A stretch of 63,254 nt of DNA, counting the filler. It is 5 parts of 5 records of this genome, joined end to end, with 100 filler letters (N's around TTAATTAATTAA, not from the genome) between each part and the next. Parts side by side here need not be neighbours in the genome. Positions count along the whole stretch, not along the records: positions 26,448 to 45,248 come from SRR31156797_823; positions 45,349 to 57,730 come from SRR31156797_828; 3 more parts are not named here. One strand, given 5' to 3'. Each line of letters opens with the position of its first letter. Position 1 is the stretch's first letter. Shown here in pieces: positions 40,202-50,767 of this stretch. A program made the translations under genes and the position numbers. Below the pieces are notes generated by a model. It had not been told where the DNA came from, made no database searches, and was given only the letters and a program-made list of their open reading frames with translations.

Positions 40202-42670
40202 TTAAATCTTTTTTGCCTTAAAAAAATCCACATATTTCCGGTCGGTTTTCAAAATGTGCTCTTTGAGCCAGTCAGTGAGAAAAACCATCAGTTCCATGGA
40301 TACCCCGGCTCTATTCTCATGAAAATCTTTCTGGTATGTGACGACTTGCTCTACCAGTTTTTTGTGTATTTTTTTGTGGCCTACGGTTTCTTCATAATCA
40401 TATTGGTCAAACAGTTGCTCTTCAAAAGAAAAGTGGTAACCGGTATAGTCCACAAGCCCATCCAGTATTTTTCCTGTCTGAAGAGTACCTTTCTTCAATT
40501 TCATAGCCCGGTAAAGATCGTTAATCATTGCTACCAATTTTTTATGCTGATCATCAATTTCTTTAAGGCCAAAAGCATACTCTTGGGACCATGGAATAAT
40601 ATCTTGTATTTCAGGATCCGCCTGAGAAGTGTCCATTTGGGGAGATTCATCGGTCACTTTAAAAACATTGATCATCTTTCGAAGTTCGGAAGAAAGATCC
40701 GTCAAAGCCTGCGAACTGTCCTGCAAAAAATTACTCCTGTCCCGCATCTCCTTGGCAATGTTGCTTACCTCAGAAATGTCCTGTGCAATAATGGCGGAGA
40801 CTTCAGAACTATGTGCTACATTTTCACTTACTTCACTTATTCCTTCAGCAGCTTGTTCGATATTAATGGCAAGGCTAGAGGTTTTTTCTGTCTGCTCTGT
40901 AATAGACCTGTTAATGGTCGACATAATGACATCGACTTCGGAAATAACCTGGGTAATTTGTTCCACCTCTGACACCGACCTGTCTGTCGATGATTGGATG
41001 CCATCAATTCTGCTTCGGATGTCCAGGGTAGCCTGTTGGGTTTGGTTAGCTAGTTCTTTTATTTCGTTAGCAACCACGGCAAACCCTTTGCCAGCCTCTC
41101 CTGCCCGGGCAGCCTCGATGGTTGCGTTTAAAGCAAGCAAATTGGTCTGCTCTGAAATATCAGTTATCGTCTCGGTTACTTTAGTAATTCCACGAGCAGC
41201 TTCACCAAGTTGTGAGACCTGCCGAGCGGTTGTTTGAACCTGGGTATTAGCAGCACTGGAGATTTCAATGGCTCCCCTGCAATGCCCAAGCACTTCGTCC
41301 ATAGCATTCTTCATATCAGTTGCTGTATCGGCAACAATTCCCAGATTAGCGGCAGCCTGTTCACTAGTGGCAGCCACAGACATCATGTTACCGTTCATTT
41401 TATCACTTGCTGCGGCAACAGAATCAGCTTTTGCACTCAAGGTACTGGATTCGCGCTGCATACCGTCTGACGCAGAGAGCACTTCAAGAGAGGACGCTGT
41501 CACCGTCTCTGAATTGTTGCCAATGTGAACAATAATTGAATTGAGCCTTTCCACAAAGGAATCAAACCAATGTGCAAGATACCCTATTTCATCTTGTCGG
41601 GCAGAGTGTAGCCTCTTTGTTAAGTCCCCCTCTCCTTTTGCCGCATCCTTCAAACCGTCTGTAATGCCTGAGATGGGCTTGAGAACGGTATACCTGAGCA
41701 TAAAAGAAATTAGAACGAGGATGCCGAGACAGGAAACCACCCCACCAGCGATAACCGTATAGGTTGTATCTTTTTTAACCTGGTCAGATGCATTTGTAAG
41801 GATTTCTTCGGTTCTCTTTAAGACGTCTCGGTTGTCCTGCCTCACTTCAACAAGGCTTGTTTTGATTTGACTAATGACTTGGCCAGCTTCATCGCTGAGC
41901 ACTTTTCTGGTCGTATTATCGTTACTACTTTTCAATACATTAAAACGATCATTAAGAACCGCTATTTTTTCCATGATTACTGATTTATCCACCCCAACCA
42001 CAACAACCCCAACAATAATGTCATAGAACTTGACGGGGTGCTCAATAACGGAAACGGCAGAATCATCGCGGGCTTTATCTATGATGAACTGCATCTCATC
42101 AATCTGTTCGTTCTCTCCGGCTTCCCCCTGCTCTTCAAACTCATCCAGGTAGCCCACGAGTCGATCATCGAGCCTGTTAATGTAACTGGGAAGAGGAGTA
42201 TTGTTTTTATCCAGAAAGAGAATAAAGGTTACCTCTTTAGCTGCCGATCCCTTCCTGCTTAGATCTGATATCTGGGTATAATCATTTTTCATAAGGCTTT
42301 GGGTGCCAATACCGGCAACCAAATTGGCTATGGCCGTGCCATGTGCTTCGATCTGTTTCTCCAGCACCTGATTTATAAATTGTGATTCCAGGCTCAAGGC
42401 ATTTTCCGTTTCCGAAAGCAGGTTACCTGTTACTTGTTCACTCATTGTGGCGAGGGAAGATGCTGCAGCATTCTCCAAGCCAGTAAAAAGCGACTGGGAG
42501 GTTCTATCGGCTTCGGTAAGTTGCGAGTTAACCTGGACATACATTTTGTCCAATAACGTATCCTGCCGCTTGAGGATGATGACACAAAGAACGACAAAGG
42601 AGAGGGCGAGAATAAAAGCAAGAAAGGAAAGTATCTGCAGATTAAGGCTTTTCTTAAAAAATTGGATCAT
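40202..42670 (-). CDS. Methyl-accepting chemotaxis protein with C-terminal bacteriohemerythrin (DcrH-like)
   Basis: Two TM helices, [31 protein letters not shown]; hemerythrin ligands IDDQH, HFSFEE, HKKIH, HILKTD. Confidence 0.9.
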   Translation of the reverse strand: MIQFFKKSLNLQILSFLAFILALSFVVLCVIILKRQDTLLDKMYVQVNSQLTEADRTSQSLFTGLENAAASSLATMSEQVTGNLLSETENALSLESQFINQVLEKQIEAHGTAIANLVAGIGTQSLMKNDYTQISDLSRKGSAAKEVTFILFLDKNNTPLPSYINRLDDRLVGYLDEFEEQGEAGENEQIDEMQFIIDKARDDSAVSVIEHPVKFYDIIVGVVVVGVDKSVIMEKIAVLNDRFNVLKSSNDNTTRKVLSDEAGQVISQIKTSLVEVRQDNRDVLKRTEEILTNASDQVKKDTTYTVIAGGVVSCLGILVLISFMLRYTVLKPISGITDGLKDAAKGEGDLTKRLHSARQDEIGYLAHWFDSFVERLNSIIVHIGNNSETVTASSLEVLSASDGMQRESSTLSAKADSVAAASDKMNGNMMSVAATSEQAAANLGIVADTATDMKNAMDEVLGHCRGAIEISSAANTQVQTTARQVSQLGEAARGITKVTETITDISEQTNLLALNATIEAARAGEAGKGFAVVANEIKELANQTQQATLDIRSRIDGIQSSTDRSVSEVEQITQVISEVDVIMSTINRSITEQTEKTSSLAINIEQAAEGISEVSENVAHSSEVSAIIAQDISEVSNIAKEMRDRSNFLQDSSQALTDLSSELRKMINVFKVTDESPQMDTSQADPEIQDIIPWSQEYAFGLKEIDDQHKKLVAMINDLYRAMKLKKGTLQTGKILDGLVDYTGYHFSFEEQLFDQYDYEETVGHKKIHKKLVEQVVTYQKDFHENRAGVSMELMVFLTDWLKEHILKTDRKYVDFFKAKKI

Positions 42671-42938
42671 GATCTTTCTTTGTTATGGAAGTTGGCAAGT
42701 AATAAAATGGCCTCAAATGAATATATAAAGCGTATCGCAAACAACCAGCCAGAGTCAAAATAAAAGTAAACGACCGACGAAATGCCGCTATTCGCCCCGT
42801 TTTAACTGCATCCATAAATAGACCTTATGCGGCCCAAAATTTTTCCTTTCTAGATATAAGCCCTCATCGTGTGCCATAAATATACAGATTGAGGCGTGAT
42901 TTCCAAACTCACGGCAGCACCCCACAACCTGCACTTAA

Positions 42939-45113
42939 TTATTCATTCTTATCGAGTGCCTCAGCCATCAGTTCCATGGTATGAGCACAGCGGATATGAG
43001 GGTCAGCTTTGCCCATAGCGCCTTTGAGCATGATCATGCATCCGGGACAATCCATGGCCACGGTTTTACTTTCTACTGCCTTAATAGTCTGAACCTTGTC
43101 AGCTGCAATTTGCTTAGAAATCTGGGGATGACTAAGAAAAGAATAAGTACCACCGAAACCGCAGCAGCGGTCACTGTTCTTCATTTCTTCAACCGCATAC
43201 CCACCAGCATTGAGCAAGGCGCGTGGTTCTTTAAAAACTTTGTTGCCACGTTTTAAATGACAGGAATCATGGTACGTGACCGTTCCTTGTGACTGGAAAC
43301 CAGTCAGTTTCCCCGAAGCATTGACTACATTTTCAAGAAAATCTGATACATCCATGGTCTTTGCACTCAAGGCTCTTGCCTTGGCTGACCAGTCTGGAGA
43401 ATAGGCAAGCCGTTTAACAAAATCCCGTTTAACACCCATGGTACACGTCGGGCAGACGCTGAGAATGTAATCAACACCGGCTTCTGTAAAAGCCTCCACA
43501 TTCTGCTTAGCAAGGTCCACGCCGGTTTCAGCGTCACCGGAATAAAGCGCCGGAATACCACAACAGTTCTGTTTCTGGGGAAAGACTACTTCTACATCGA
43601 GGGCATTTAGTACCTTGATCAGACTTGTGCCGACTTCCGGATAAACAAAATCCGCCCCGCAGCCAACAAAAAAACCAATCTTATATTGAGGATTTTTGAC
43701 ATTCTGAACAATGCCTTTGAACTGGTCCCGAAAAGATTTTTCGGCAACAGATGGCAAGTCACGCCACTCTGTAAAATCCCTGTCCATGAAATGCATGGGT
43801 AGATGGCGGATAATTGGACGTTCGCCTTCAACTTGATTTTGATGCGTGACCGGGCGCTGCAGCTTAGAGGCTGCACGAATCATAGAATGGAAAAGACTAC
43901 GGTTTTTCATAACCGCTTTGAAGGCGACATTCTTGATCATTCCCATCCCGTACTCTTTGGTAACCTGGGTACGAAGGTGGAGGATAATCTCTTCCAAATC
44001 TATGTTGGAAGGACAGACAGCGCTGCATGAACGGCAGCCGATGCAGGCTCGGGTAATTTCTTTAGCCTTGTCAAGCCCTTCATAAAAGGCGGTGAGTATC
44101 ACACCGATGGCAGAAATATAGGTAGAACCGAAAACATGCCCACCCACGGTCTGGTAAACCGGACATACGTTTGCACATGCCCCGCACTGGATACAGCGGA
44201 GAGCATCGCGGCAGGCTTGAGACTCATAGAGGCCTTCCCGACCACCGTCAATCAAGACGATATGCTGCTCCTTTGTTTTTCCATCCGTTGGCACAGCACC
44301 ACGAATCCACGTGATATACGATGTAAGTAGCTGTCCAGTGGCATTACGCGGCAGAAGCCTGGTAATTTTAACTGCGTCCTCCATAGTTCGCACTAATTTA
44401 TGAATGCCAGAAAAAACTACATGCACTTCCGGTAAGGTTGCACAGAGCCTGGCATTGCCCTCATTCGTGACAAGACCTATCCCGCCTGTATCAGCAACCA
44501 GAAAGTTCGCTCCAGTAAGACCAATATCAGCATCAAAATACCCTTTTCGCAACTGTTCTCTGGCAACGTTTACCAAGGTCTTAATATCTGGAGAGAGGTT
44601 CTGTCCGGTTTCCTTGCTAAACAATTCCGCCACTTCTTCCTTAAACATATGAATAGCCGGCATCACCATGTGACTAGGACGTTGCCCAGCAAGCTGAATG
44701 ATCCACTCCCCAAGATCCGTTTCGGAGGCGCGGATACCTTCTGCCTCGATTGCAGCATTGAAATGGGCCTCCTCTGATACCATGGACTTGGATTTGGCGA
44801 TCAGTTTTGCATTTTTCTTTTTCGCAAGATTAATCACATAATCATTCGCCTCTTTGGTATCCTTTGCAATAAAAACTTTTGAACCTGCAGCCTCAGCATT
44901 TTTAATAAATTCAGCCAAGAGTTCTTTACGTCTTATCCGGACATCGTCCTTGATTTCTGCCAATTCTTTACGCATGGTCTCAAAGTCAAGACCCTGAAAG
45001 GCATTTCCCCTGGCAGTGAGGTATGCATCGCCAAACAAGTGCAAAGCTTCACTCAATTTCGGTTTGTTGATTGCGGAGGCAACTTTCTGTTTATATGTCT
45101 GGTCGGTGGCCAT
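42939..45113 (-). CDS. L-lactate dehydrogenase large Fe-S subunit (LutB/LUD + 2x4Fe-4S + CCG domains, LldH-like)
   Basis: KSKSMVSEE, ETDLGEWI, NEGNAR, CIQCGACANVCP, CIGCRSCSAVCP, NCCG, RCCGFGG. Confidence 0.85.
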   Translation of the reverse strand: MATDQTYKQKVASAINKPKLSEALHLFGDAYLTARGNAFQGLDFETMRKELAEIKDDVRIRRKELLAEFIKNAEAAGSKVFIAKDTKEANDYVINLAKKKNAKLIAKSKSMVSEEAHFNAAIEAEGIRASETDLGEWIIQLAGQRPSHMVMPAIHMFKEEVAELFSKETGQNLSPDIKTLVNVAREQLRKGYFDADIGLTGANFLVADTGGIGLVTNEGNARLCATLPEVHVVFSGIHKLVRTMEDAVKITRLLPRNATGQLLTSYITWIRGAVPTDGKTKEQHIVLIDGGREGLYESQACRDALRCIQCGACANVCPVYQTVGGHVFGSTYISAIGVILTAFYEGLDKAKEITRACIGCRSCSAVCPSNIDLEEIILHLRTQVTKEYGMGMIKNVAFKAVMKNRSLFHSMIRAASKLQRPVTHQNQVEGERPIIRHLPMHFMDRDFTEWRDLPSVAEKSFRDQFKGIVQNVKNPQYKIGFFVGCGADFVYPEVGTSLIKVLNALDVEVVFPQKQNCCGIPALYSGDAETGVDLAKQNVEAFTEAGVDYILSVCPTCTMGVKRDFVKRLAYSPDWSAKARALSAKTMDVSDFLENVVNASGKLTGFQSQGTVTYHDSCHLKRGNKVFKEPRALLNAGGYAVEEMKNSDRCCGFGGTYSFLSHPQISKQIAADKVQTIKAVESKTVAMDCPGCMIMLKGAMGKADPHIRCAHTMELMAEALDKNE

Positions 45114-45140
45114 AACAGCTCTCCCTAAGATATTCTTCTA

Positions 45141-45248
45141 TTAAAATTCCATGAGGTCGCTGGATACCCCATCAACGATAAGGATATGCAGTTCTCGCGG
45201 GCCATGGCAACCAATGGTGAGCACACGCTCAATATCGGCAGTACGGCT
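45141..45248 (-). CDS. LUD/LutC-family lactate utilization protein, C-terminal fragment at the contig edge
   Basis: My translation: SRTADIERVLTIGCHGPRELHILIVDGVSSDLMEF*. Confidence 0.85.
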   Translation of the reverse strand, partial: SRTADIERVLTIGCHGPRELHILIVDGVSSDLMEF

Positions 45249-45348
45249 NNNNNNNNNNNNNNNNNNNNNNNNNNNNNNNNNNNNNNNNNNNNTTAATTAA
45301 TTAANNNNNNNNNNNNNNNNNNNNNNNNNNNNNNNNNNNNNNNNNNNN
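45249..45348. other. Artificial contig spacer
   Basis: N-run containing TTAATTAATTAA. Confidence 0.98.
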
Positions 45349-45791
45349 TTTATAGAGATTTCTTTTGCCTCATCATTTACAACAATACTACTTGTCTCTT
45401 CTTGATTTTTAGAAACAATTAGTTCATCTCTTCTTTTTAAAAGTGATTTTATTTTAAGTGATAACTCTTTTGCAGAAAAAGGTTTTGCTATATAATCATC
45501 AATTCCGTAGTTATAACCTTTTGTTTTAAAATCCTCTGTATCTAAAGCACTTATCATAATAATAAGTGTTTTTTTAGACTGATTTCTTATTGAGTTACAA
45601 AGGGTAAAACCATCTACATGTGGAAGCATAATATCTAAGGTAACAAGGTCATACTCTTTTGCTTTTATAAACTCTAAAGCACTTTTGCCATCTAGGGCAA
45701 TATCCACATTATAAACTTTAGAATCAAGTCTATTTTTTATAAAGTGTACAATAGATTCTTCATCTTCTATTATCAATATATTTTTTTTCAT
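45349..45791 (-). CDS. OmpR-family response regulator, 3' truncated
   Basis: ILIIEDE, LDIMLPHVDG, ISA, DDYIAKPF..EL..KIKSLLKR. Confidence 0.88.
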
Positions 45792-45958
45792 TTAATACTC
45801 AATTTTTATTTAACTATAGTGTACTTCTCGTGATTATACAATTGTATTGTTAAGAAAGTATGAAGATTTTATCTTGACAATTTCTTAATAATTTCTTCAT
45901 AAAATCTCAATAGTCTTAAAATAAAATGCACACATATAAAAGTACTAAAGGATATGTA

Positions 45959-47275
45959 ATGAAAGAAAAAAAAGAAATAGGGCTTCATGAAGCTTATCAT
46001 AATGATCCAGTAAAAAGTGATTTAGATATATTTGGGAGAGAAAGCGATGAGTCAAGAAGAGGTTTCTTAAAAAAATCTTCTATTTTAGCAATGGCTGCAA
46101 TGGTTGGTTCAAATATACCTTTTGGTTCAAATATGCCATCTGGTCTTATTCCTGCTGCATTAGCTGATTCAACTGAACCTTTTAAAATAGAAGGAAAAGA
46201 TGGATTAGTTTATCTAAATGATAGACCTGTAAATGCAGAAACACCGCCACATTTATTAAATGATGAATTTACACCTGGAAAACATTTTTTCATTAGAAAT
46301 AATGGTGTTCCTCCAAAGAAAACAGAAAATCCAGATGAGTGGACTTTAGAAATTGCAGGAGAAAGCTGTGAAAAACCTACAACATTTACACTAAAAGAGT
46401 TAAAAGAGAAGTTTAAACACTATACTTATGCTTTACAATTAGAGTGTGGTGGAAATGGTAGAAAAGAAGTTAATCCTCCAGCAAAAGGAAATCAATGGAC
46501 AACTGGTGCAATAGGTTGTGGTAGATGGACTGGTGTTAGATTAAGAGATGTTCTTGAGTATTGTGGTATTAAAAAAGATGCTGTTTATATTGGATATTAT
46601 GGAAGAGATACTCACTTAAGTGGTGACCCAACAAAAGAGGTTATCTCAAGAGGTGCTCCAATGGAAAAAGCCTTAGAAGATGAGTCTTTAATTGCTTGGG
46701 CATATGAAGGTGAAGATATTCCTTTATATAATGGTTATCCTTTAAGATTAGTAGTTGGTGGATGGCCTGCATCTGTATCTGGAAAATGGCTTAAAAAGAT
46801 TGTTATTAGAGATAGAATTCATGATGGTAAGAAAATGAATGGACAATCTTATAGAGTACCTAAAAATCCAGTTGCTCCTGGAACAAAAGTAGCCGATGAA
46901 GATATGGAAATTATTGAATCAATGCCTGTTAAGTCATTGATTACTTTCCCTAAATCAGGTGTAAGACATGAGTTAAATAAGAAGTTTAAATTTAATGGAA
47001 AAGCTTGGGCAGGTGATTTAGAAGTAACACAAATGGAAGTTTCAATTGACTTTGGAGCAACATGGAAAAAAGTTAAGAAGTTAAATAAACCACTAAACAG
47101 ACTTGCTTGGCAATCATGGGAAGCATCAGTTAAGTTCCCTAAAACTGGTTATTATGAAGTTTGGGCAAGAGCTATGGACTCAAATGGTGTTAAACAACCA
47201 ATGATTTTACCAGGTTGGAACCCAAGAGGTTATTTAAATAATGCTTGCCATAGAATAGCTGTATTAGTAGTGTAA
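45959..47275 (+). CDS. sorA: Tat-exported sulfite oxidase-family molybdoenzyme (SorA-like)
   Basis: SRRGFLK Tat motif, NAETP, FFIRN, LECGGNGR (Mo-ligating Cys), NGYPLRLVVGGW..S.KWL. Confidence 0.8.
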   Translation: MKEKKEIGLHEAYHNDPVKSDLDIFGRESDESRRGFLKKSSILAMAAMVGSNIPFGSNMPSGLIPAALADSTEPFKIEGKDGLVYLNDRPVNAETPPHLLNDEFTPGKHFFIRNNGVPPKKTENPDEWTLEIAGESCEKPTTFTLKELKEKFKHYTYALQLECGGNGRKEVNPPAKGNQWTTGAIGCGRWTGVRLRDVLEYCGIKKDAVYIGYYGRDTHLSGDPTKEVISRGAPMEKALEDESLIAWAYEGEDIPLYNGYPLRLVVGGWPASVSGKWLKKIVIRDRIHDGKKMNGQSYRVPKNPVAPGTKVADEDMEIIESMPVKSLITFPKSGVRHELNKKFKFNGKAWAGDLEVTQMEVSIDFGATWKKVKKLNKPLNRLAWQSWEASVKFPKTGYYEVWARAMDSNGVKQPMILPGWNPRGYLNNACHRIAVLVV

Positions 47276-47285
47276 GGAGTTTTAA

Positions 47286-47633
47286 ATGAAATTATTCAAA
47301 AAAACTTTTGTAGCCCTAGGGCTACTTACACTTCTTTCTTCTTTTTCTTTTGCAGCTGAAAAGCAATATGATAAAGAGACAGGACTTATTATTGATTCTG
47401 GAATGGAAGTGGTAAGAGCAAACTGTACAGTTTGTCATAGTGCTAAGTTTATTACTTTACAAAGAGGTGATAGACAAACTTGGCTTGATATGATTAGATG
47501 GATGCAAGATTCTCAAGGGTTATGGCAGTTTGATGCACAAACTGAAAAGACTATTTTAGACTATTTAGAGAAAAACTATGCTCCTGATAAGGCTTCAAGA
47601 AGACAAAATCTAAGTAAAGACCTATTACCATAA
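47286..47633 (+). CDS. Monoheme cytochrome c subunit (SorB-like)
   Basis: Signal peptide, CTVCH, W..MIRWMQ; follows sorA. Confidence 0.8.
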   Translation: MKLFKKTFVALGLLTLLSSFSFAAEKQYDKETGLIIDSGMEVVRANCTVCHSAKFITLQRGDRQTWLDMIRWMQDSQGLWQFDAQTEKTILDYLEKNYAPDKASRRQNLSKDLLP

Positions 47634-47640
47634 ATCAATT

Positions 47641-47662
47641 ATTAGGGAAAATCTTCCCTAAT
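47641..47662 (+). terminator. Hairpin after sorB
   Basis: ATTAGGGAA-aatc-TTCCCTAAT. Confidence 0.5.
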
Positions 47663-47709
47663 AGCAATCTGGTACAATAAAAACTTCTAAAAATAGTATA
47701 TAATTGCAT

Positions 47710-48540
47710 ATGGCAAAAAATCAAGACACTGCTTTTCAAACTAAAATTTGGAAACCAAAGTTTAGTGATGACATTACTTTTCATAAGGCTTATTTTTTAA
47801 ACTACGGTTTTGATAAGCATGTTCACGAAGACTATACTATTGGACTAATCCAAAATGGACATATGGATGCATTTGTAGATGGTGAAAAAAAGAGCTTAGA
47901 TAGTTCTACTATTGTTAGTGTAAACCCTGATGAAACCCATGCTTGTCAAACTTTCTACCATAAAGATTATACTCTTTATTCAATCTATTTAAAACCAAAT
48001 TTATTTAAAGAGCTTGTAAATGAAAACTTTCATACAAGTGAACTATATTTTAAAGAAGGTGCTTATTTTGATAAAGAGCTTTCAAGTAGATTTTTAAAGA
48101 TATTAAACTTTAGTGAAAATCAATATCTTTCTAACTTAGATTTTGAGTGTGAGCTTTTAGACTCTGTAAAAAGTCTAGTTTCAAAAAATGTAAAATATAG
48201 TATTGACAAAAATATCTCAAATCATCAATCAATGATAAAAAAAGCAAAAGAGTTTATGAGTGAAAACTACCATTTAGATTTAAATTTAGATGATATCTCA
48301 GATGCTTTAGATGTATCAAAATACCATTTTCTAAGAACTTTCAAGGACAAAACTTTCCTTTCTCCCCATAATTACCTAATGCTAAAAAGAATAGAAAAAG
48401 CAAAAGAGTTACTTCAAAAAGGTGAAAGCCTTACAAATACTGCTCATATTTGTGGCTTCAATGACCAAAGCCATTTAAATAGAAGATTTAAATCTATTAT
48501 GGGCTTAACTCCTGGGGAATACAAAAAGTTTTTTAATTAG
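47710..48540 (+). CDS. AraC-family transcriptional regulator
   Basis: Cupin FDKHVHEDY; C-terminal HTH pair SKYHFLRTFK and GFNDQSHLNRRFK...TPG. Confidence 0.92.
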   Translation: MAKNQDTAFQTKIWKPKFSDDITFHKAYFLNYGFDKHVHEDYTIGLIQNGHMDAFVDGEKKSLDSSTIVSVNPDETHACQTFYHKDYTLYSIYLKPNLFKELVNENFHTSELYFKEGAYFDKELSSRFLKILNFSENQYLSNLDFECELLDSVKSLVSKNVKYSIDKNISNHQSMIKKAKEFMSENYHLDLNLDDISDALDVSKYHFLRTFKDKTFLSPHNYLMLKRIEKAKELLQKGESLTNTAHICGFNDQSHLNRRFKSIMGLTPGEYKKFFN

Positions 48541-48586
48541 CAATTTCATACAAGACAATAATTTCTTTCTTTGATACTATTCTTTT

Positions 48587-49270
48587 ATGGATAAAAATTT
48601 TAGAAACGGATTTATAGCTAATCTTCCAATTGGAATTAGTGTTTTTGCTTACGGTGCAGTTTTAGGTGTACTTTGTGTTCAAAAAGATATTGAGTTTTAT
48701 CAACTAGCTTTGATGAATATCTTTATTTTTGCAGGTTCTTCTCAATTTGTAATTGTAGATATGTGGAATACAACTCTTGATATTATTGGAGTGACGATTG
48801 CAGCACTTCTTGTAAATCTTCGATATTTTTTAGTTACAGCTTCACTGAATACTCTTTTTGTAGGCACAAGCAAAACTCAAAAATTTAAATATATGCACTT
48901 TGTGACTGATGAGTGTTGGGCTATTACAATGCAAAGATTAAAACAAGAAAGTATTACTCCTATGTTTTTATTGGGTGGAGGAGTTTGTATTTTTTCAGTT
49001 TGGTTTGCGGGAACTTCACTTGGATATTTTTTAGGTGACTTTATTCAAAGTCCAGAAAAATATGGTTTAGACTTTGCTTTTATTGCAATCTTTTTAGCTC
49101 TAGCTATTAGTATGTATAAAGGAAAAGAAAATATTATTCCTTGGCTTATAACTATTGTAAGTGCTTTTGCTTTTGAGCAGTTAATAGATGGAAAAATATA
49201 TATAGTTTTAGCAGCTATTTTAGGTGCTTTTTCAGCTGTTGTTTTTTCAAAGGATGAAAGATATGGATAG
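48587..49270 (+). CDS. azlC: AzlC-family amino acid exporter permease
   Basis: FAGSSQF, LVNLRY, TDECWA, GLDFAF. Confidence 0.88.
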   Translation: MDKNFRNGFIANLPIGISVFAYGAVLGVLCVQKDIEFYQLALMNIFIFAGSSQFVIVDMWNTTLDIIGVTIAALLVNLRYFLVTASLNTLFVGTSKTQKFKYMHFVTDECWAITMQRLKQESITPMFLLGGGVCIFSVWFAGTSLGYFLGDFIQSPEKYGLDFAFIAIFLALAISMYKGKENIIPWLITIVSAFAFEQLIDGKIYIVLAAILGAFSAVVFSKDERYG

Positions 49271-49571
49271 TTTTACATTTAGTGCCTTAGCTATAATATT
49301 TTTAGTTGCATTGGGAACTTATAGTTTAAGGGTTTCTGGAATTCTTCTTTCAAGTAAGTTATCAAAAAACAAAAAGATAGAACTATTTTTAGACTATCTT
49401 CCTTCTACTTTACTTTTAGCCTTGGTTTTTCCAAGTATCATAAAAGAAGGAGTTGCTGGAGTAATTGCAAGTTTACTTATTGTTTTGATTATGTATAGAA
49501 CAAATAATGTTCTTCTTTCTATGTGTGTTTCTATTTTATTTATAGCTCTTTTTAGAAACTATATGACATAA
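49263..49571 (+). CDS. azlD: AzlD-family membrane protein
   Basis: TYSLR..G, FLDYLP..LL.ALV.P; overlaps the azlC stop. Confidence 0.8.
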   Translation: MDSFTFSALAIIFLVALGTYSLRVSGILLSSKLSKNKKIELFLDYLPSTLLLALVFPSIIKEGVAGVIASLLIVLIMYRTNNVLLSMCVSILFIALFRNYMT

Positions 49572-49581
49572 GCCTTTTGGC

Positions 49582-50529
49582 TTATGCTTTGATTTTTTTG
49601 TATGCTTCGCCTAAACTTTTAGAGGCTTTTAGAAGTAGAACTTTTTCTTCTTTATTTAAAGAGACATTTAGTCTATATTCTACACCTTTACTTCCAATTG
49701 TACAAGGAAGACTAAGAACTGTTCCTTTTTCTAGGTTGTACTCTTTATTTGCTTTTACTGATACAGAGAATATCTTCTTTTCATCTCGAATAACACTTTG
49801 AATAAGTTTTGCAACTGCAACTGCAACTCCAAAGTTTGTATATCCTTTTCTTTGGATAATCTCATAGGCTCTATTTTTTACTATTTGCATAGTATTCTTT
49901 TTTAGTTGCTCTAATTTTAATCCCTTTGGAAGAGGGAAGTTTTTTAGTTTGATTGAACCAATTATAGCATTTGACCAAACAGCAAACTCACTATCTCCAT
50001 GTTCACCTATAACATGAACATGAACATTTTTTCTATTTACATTTAACTCTTTTCCAACTTGAAATCTTAATCTTGAAGTATCTAAAAGTGTCCCTGAACC
50101 AAAAATCTTGTTAGCATCTCTTTTACTTGCTTCTTGCGCTACTCTTGTAAGAATATCAACAGGGTTTGATACCATAATTAAAACAGCATTTGGCACGTAT
50201 TTATCAAGGTTTTTAATTATATCTTTTATGATTTTTGCATTTCTATCAAGAAGTTCTAATCTTGTCTCACCTTCTTTTTGTCTAGCTCCTACTGTAATAG
50301 CTACAATGCTACACTCTGATAGGTCTTTATAATCATTTGTAGCTTTTACAGTCATCTCTGAAAGTAAAGGAATAGTGTCATCTATATCCATAGCTTCTGC
50401 TATTGCTTTGTCTTTGTCTCTATTGAAAAGAATAATCTCTTTTCCTACATTTCTAAGAACTAAAGCATTTACAATAGCTGCACCTACATTTCCTGCACCA
50501 ATTACACCTATTTTTGTAAGACTTGACAT
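49582..50529 (-). CDS. ldh: NAD-dependent L-lactate dehydrogenase
   Basis: GAGNVG, GARQKEGETRLEL, SNPVD, GTLLDTSR, GEHGDS. Confidence 0.9.
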   Translation of the reverse strand: MSSLTKIGVIGAGNVGAAIVNALVLRNVGKEIILFNRDKDKAIAEAMDIDDTIPLLSEMTVKATNDYKDLSECSIVAITVGARQKEGETRLELLDRNAKIIKDIIKNLDKYVPNAVLIMVSNPVDILTRVAQEASKRDANKIFGSGTLLDTSRLRFQVGKELNVNRKNVHVHVIGEHGDSEFAVWSNAIIGSIKLKNFPLPKGLKLEQLKKNTMQIVKNRAYEIIQRKGYTNFGVAVAVAKLIQSVIRDEKKIFSVSVKANKEYNLEKGTVLSLPCTIGSKGVEYRLNVSLNKEEKVLLLKASKSLGEAYKKIKA

Positions 50530-50584
50530 ATGAAAAACCTTTTGTTTTTTATTTGAATTGTAGCTAGATAATTTTAAGGAAAAG

Positions 50585-50704
50585 TTATTTTAGGAAGTCT
50601 ATTTTTCTTTCGTCTTTCCATCTTTTTTTATTTCTTCTTTTAAAAGAGGTGAAAGCACTTATTCCTATCAATAACGCTAGTAGATAATAAGCATAAGTCT
50701 CCAT
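50585..50704 (-). CDS. Small 39-aa single-TM protein (below the ORF-track cutoff)
   Basis: METYAYYLLALLIGISAFTSFKRRNKKRWKDERKIDFLK*; RBS AAGGA 5 nt upstream; same strand as both neighbours. Confidence 0.55.
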   Translation of the reverse strand: METYAYYLLALLIGISAFTSFKRRNKKRWKDERKIDFLK

Positions 50705-50767
50705 GATATCCTTTCATTTTATATTTTGAAAGTATATCAATGAAAACTTTGCTTACTTAAAAGTATT

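Noticed and set aside
40256-41762. Long + strand ORFs antisense to the MCP, and similar shadow ORFs elsewhere in the track
   Set aside because: They are antisense or alternate-frame shadows of well-supported genes and carry no motifs.
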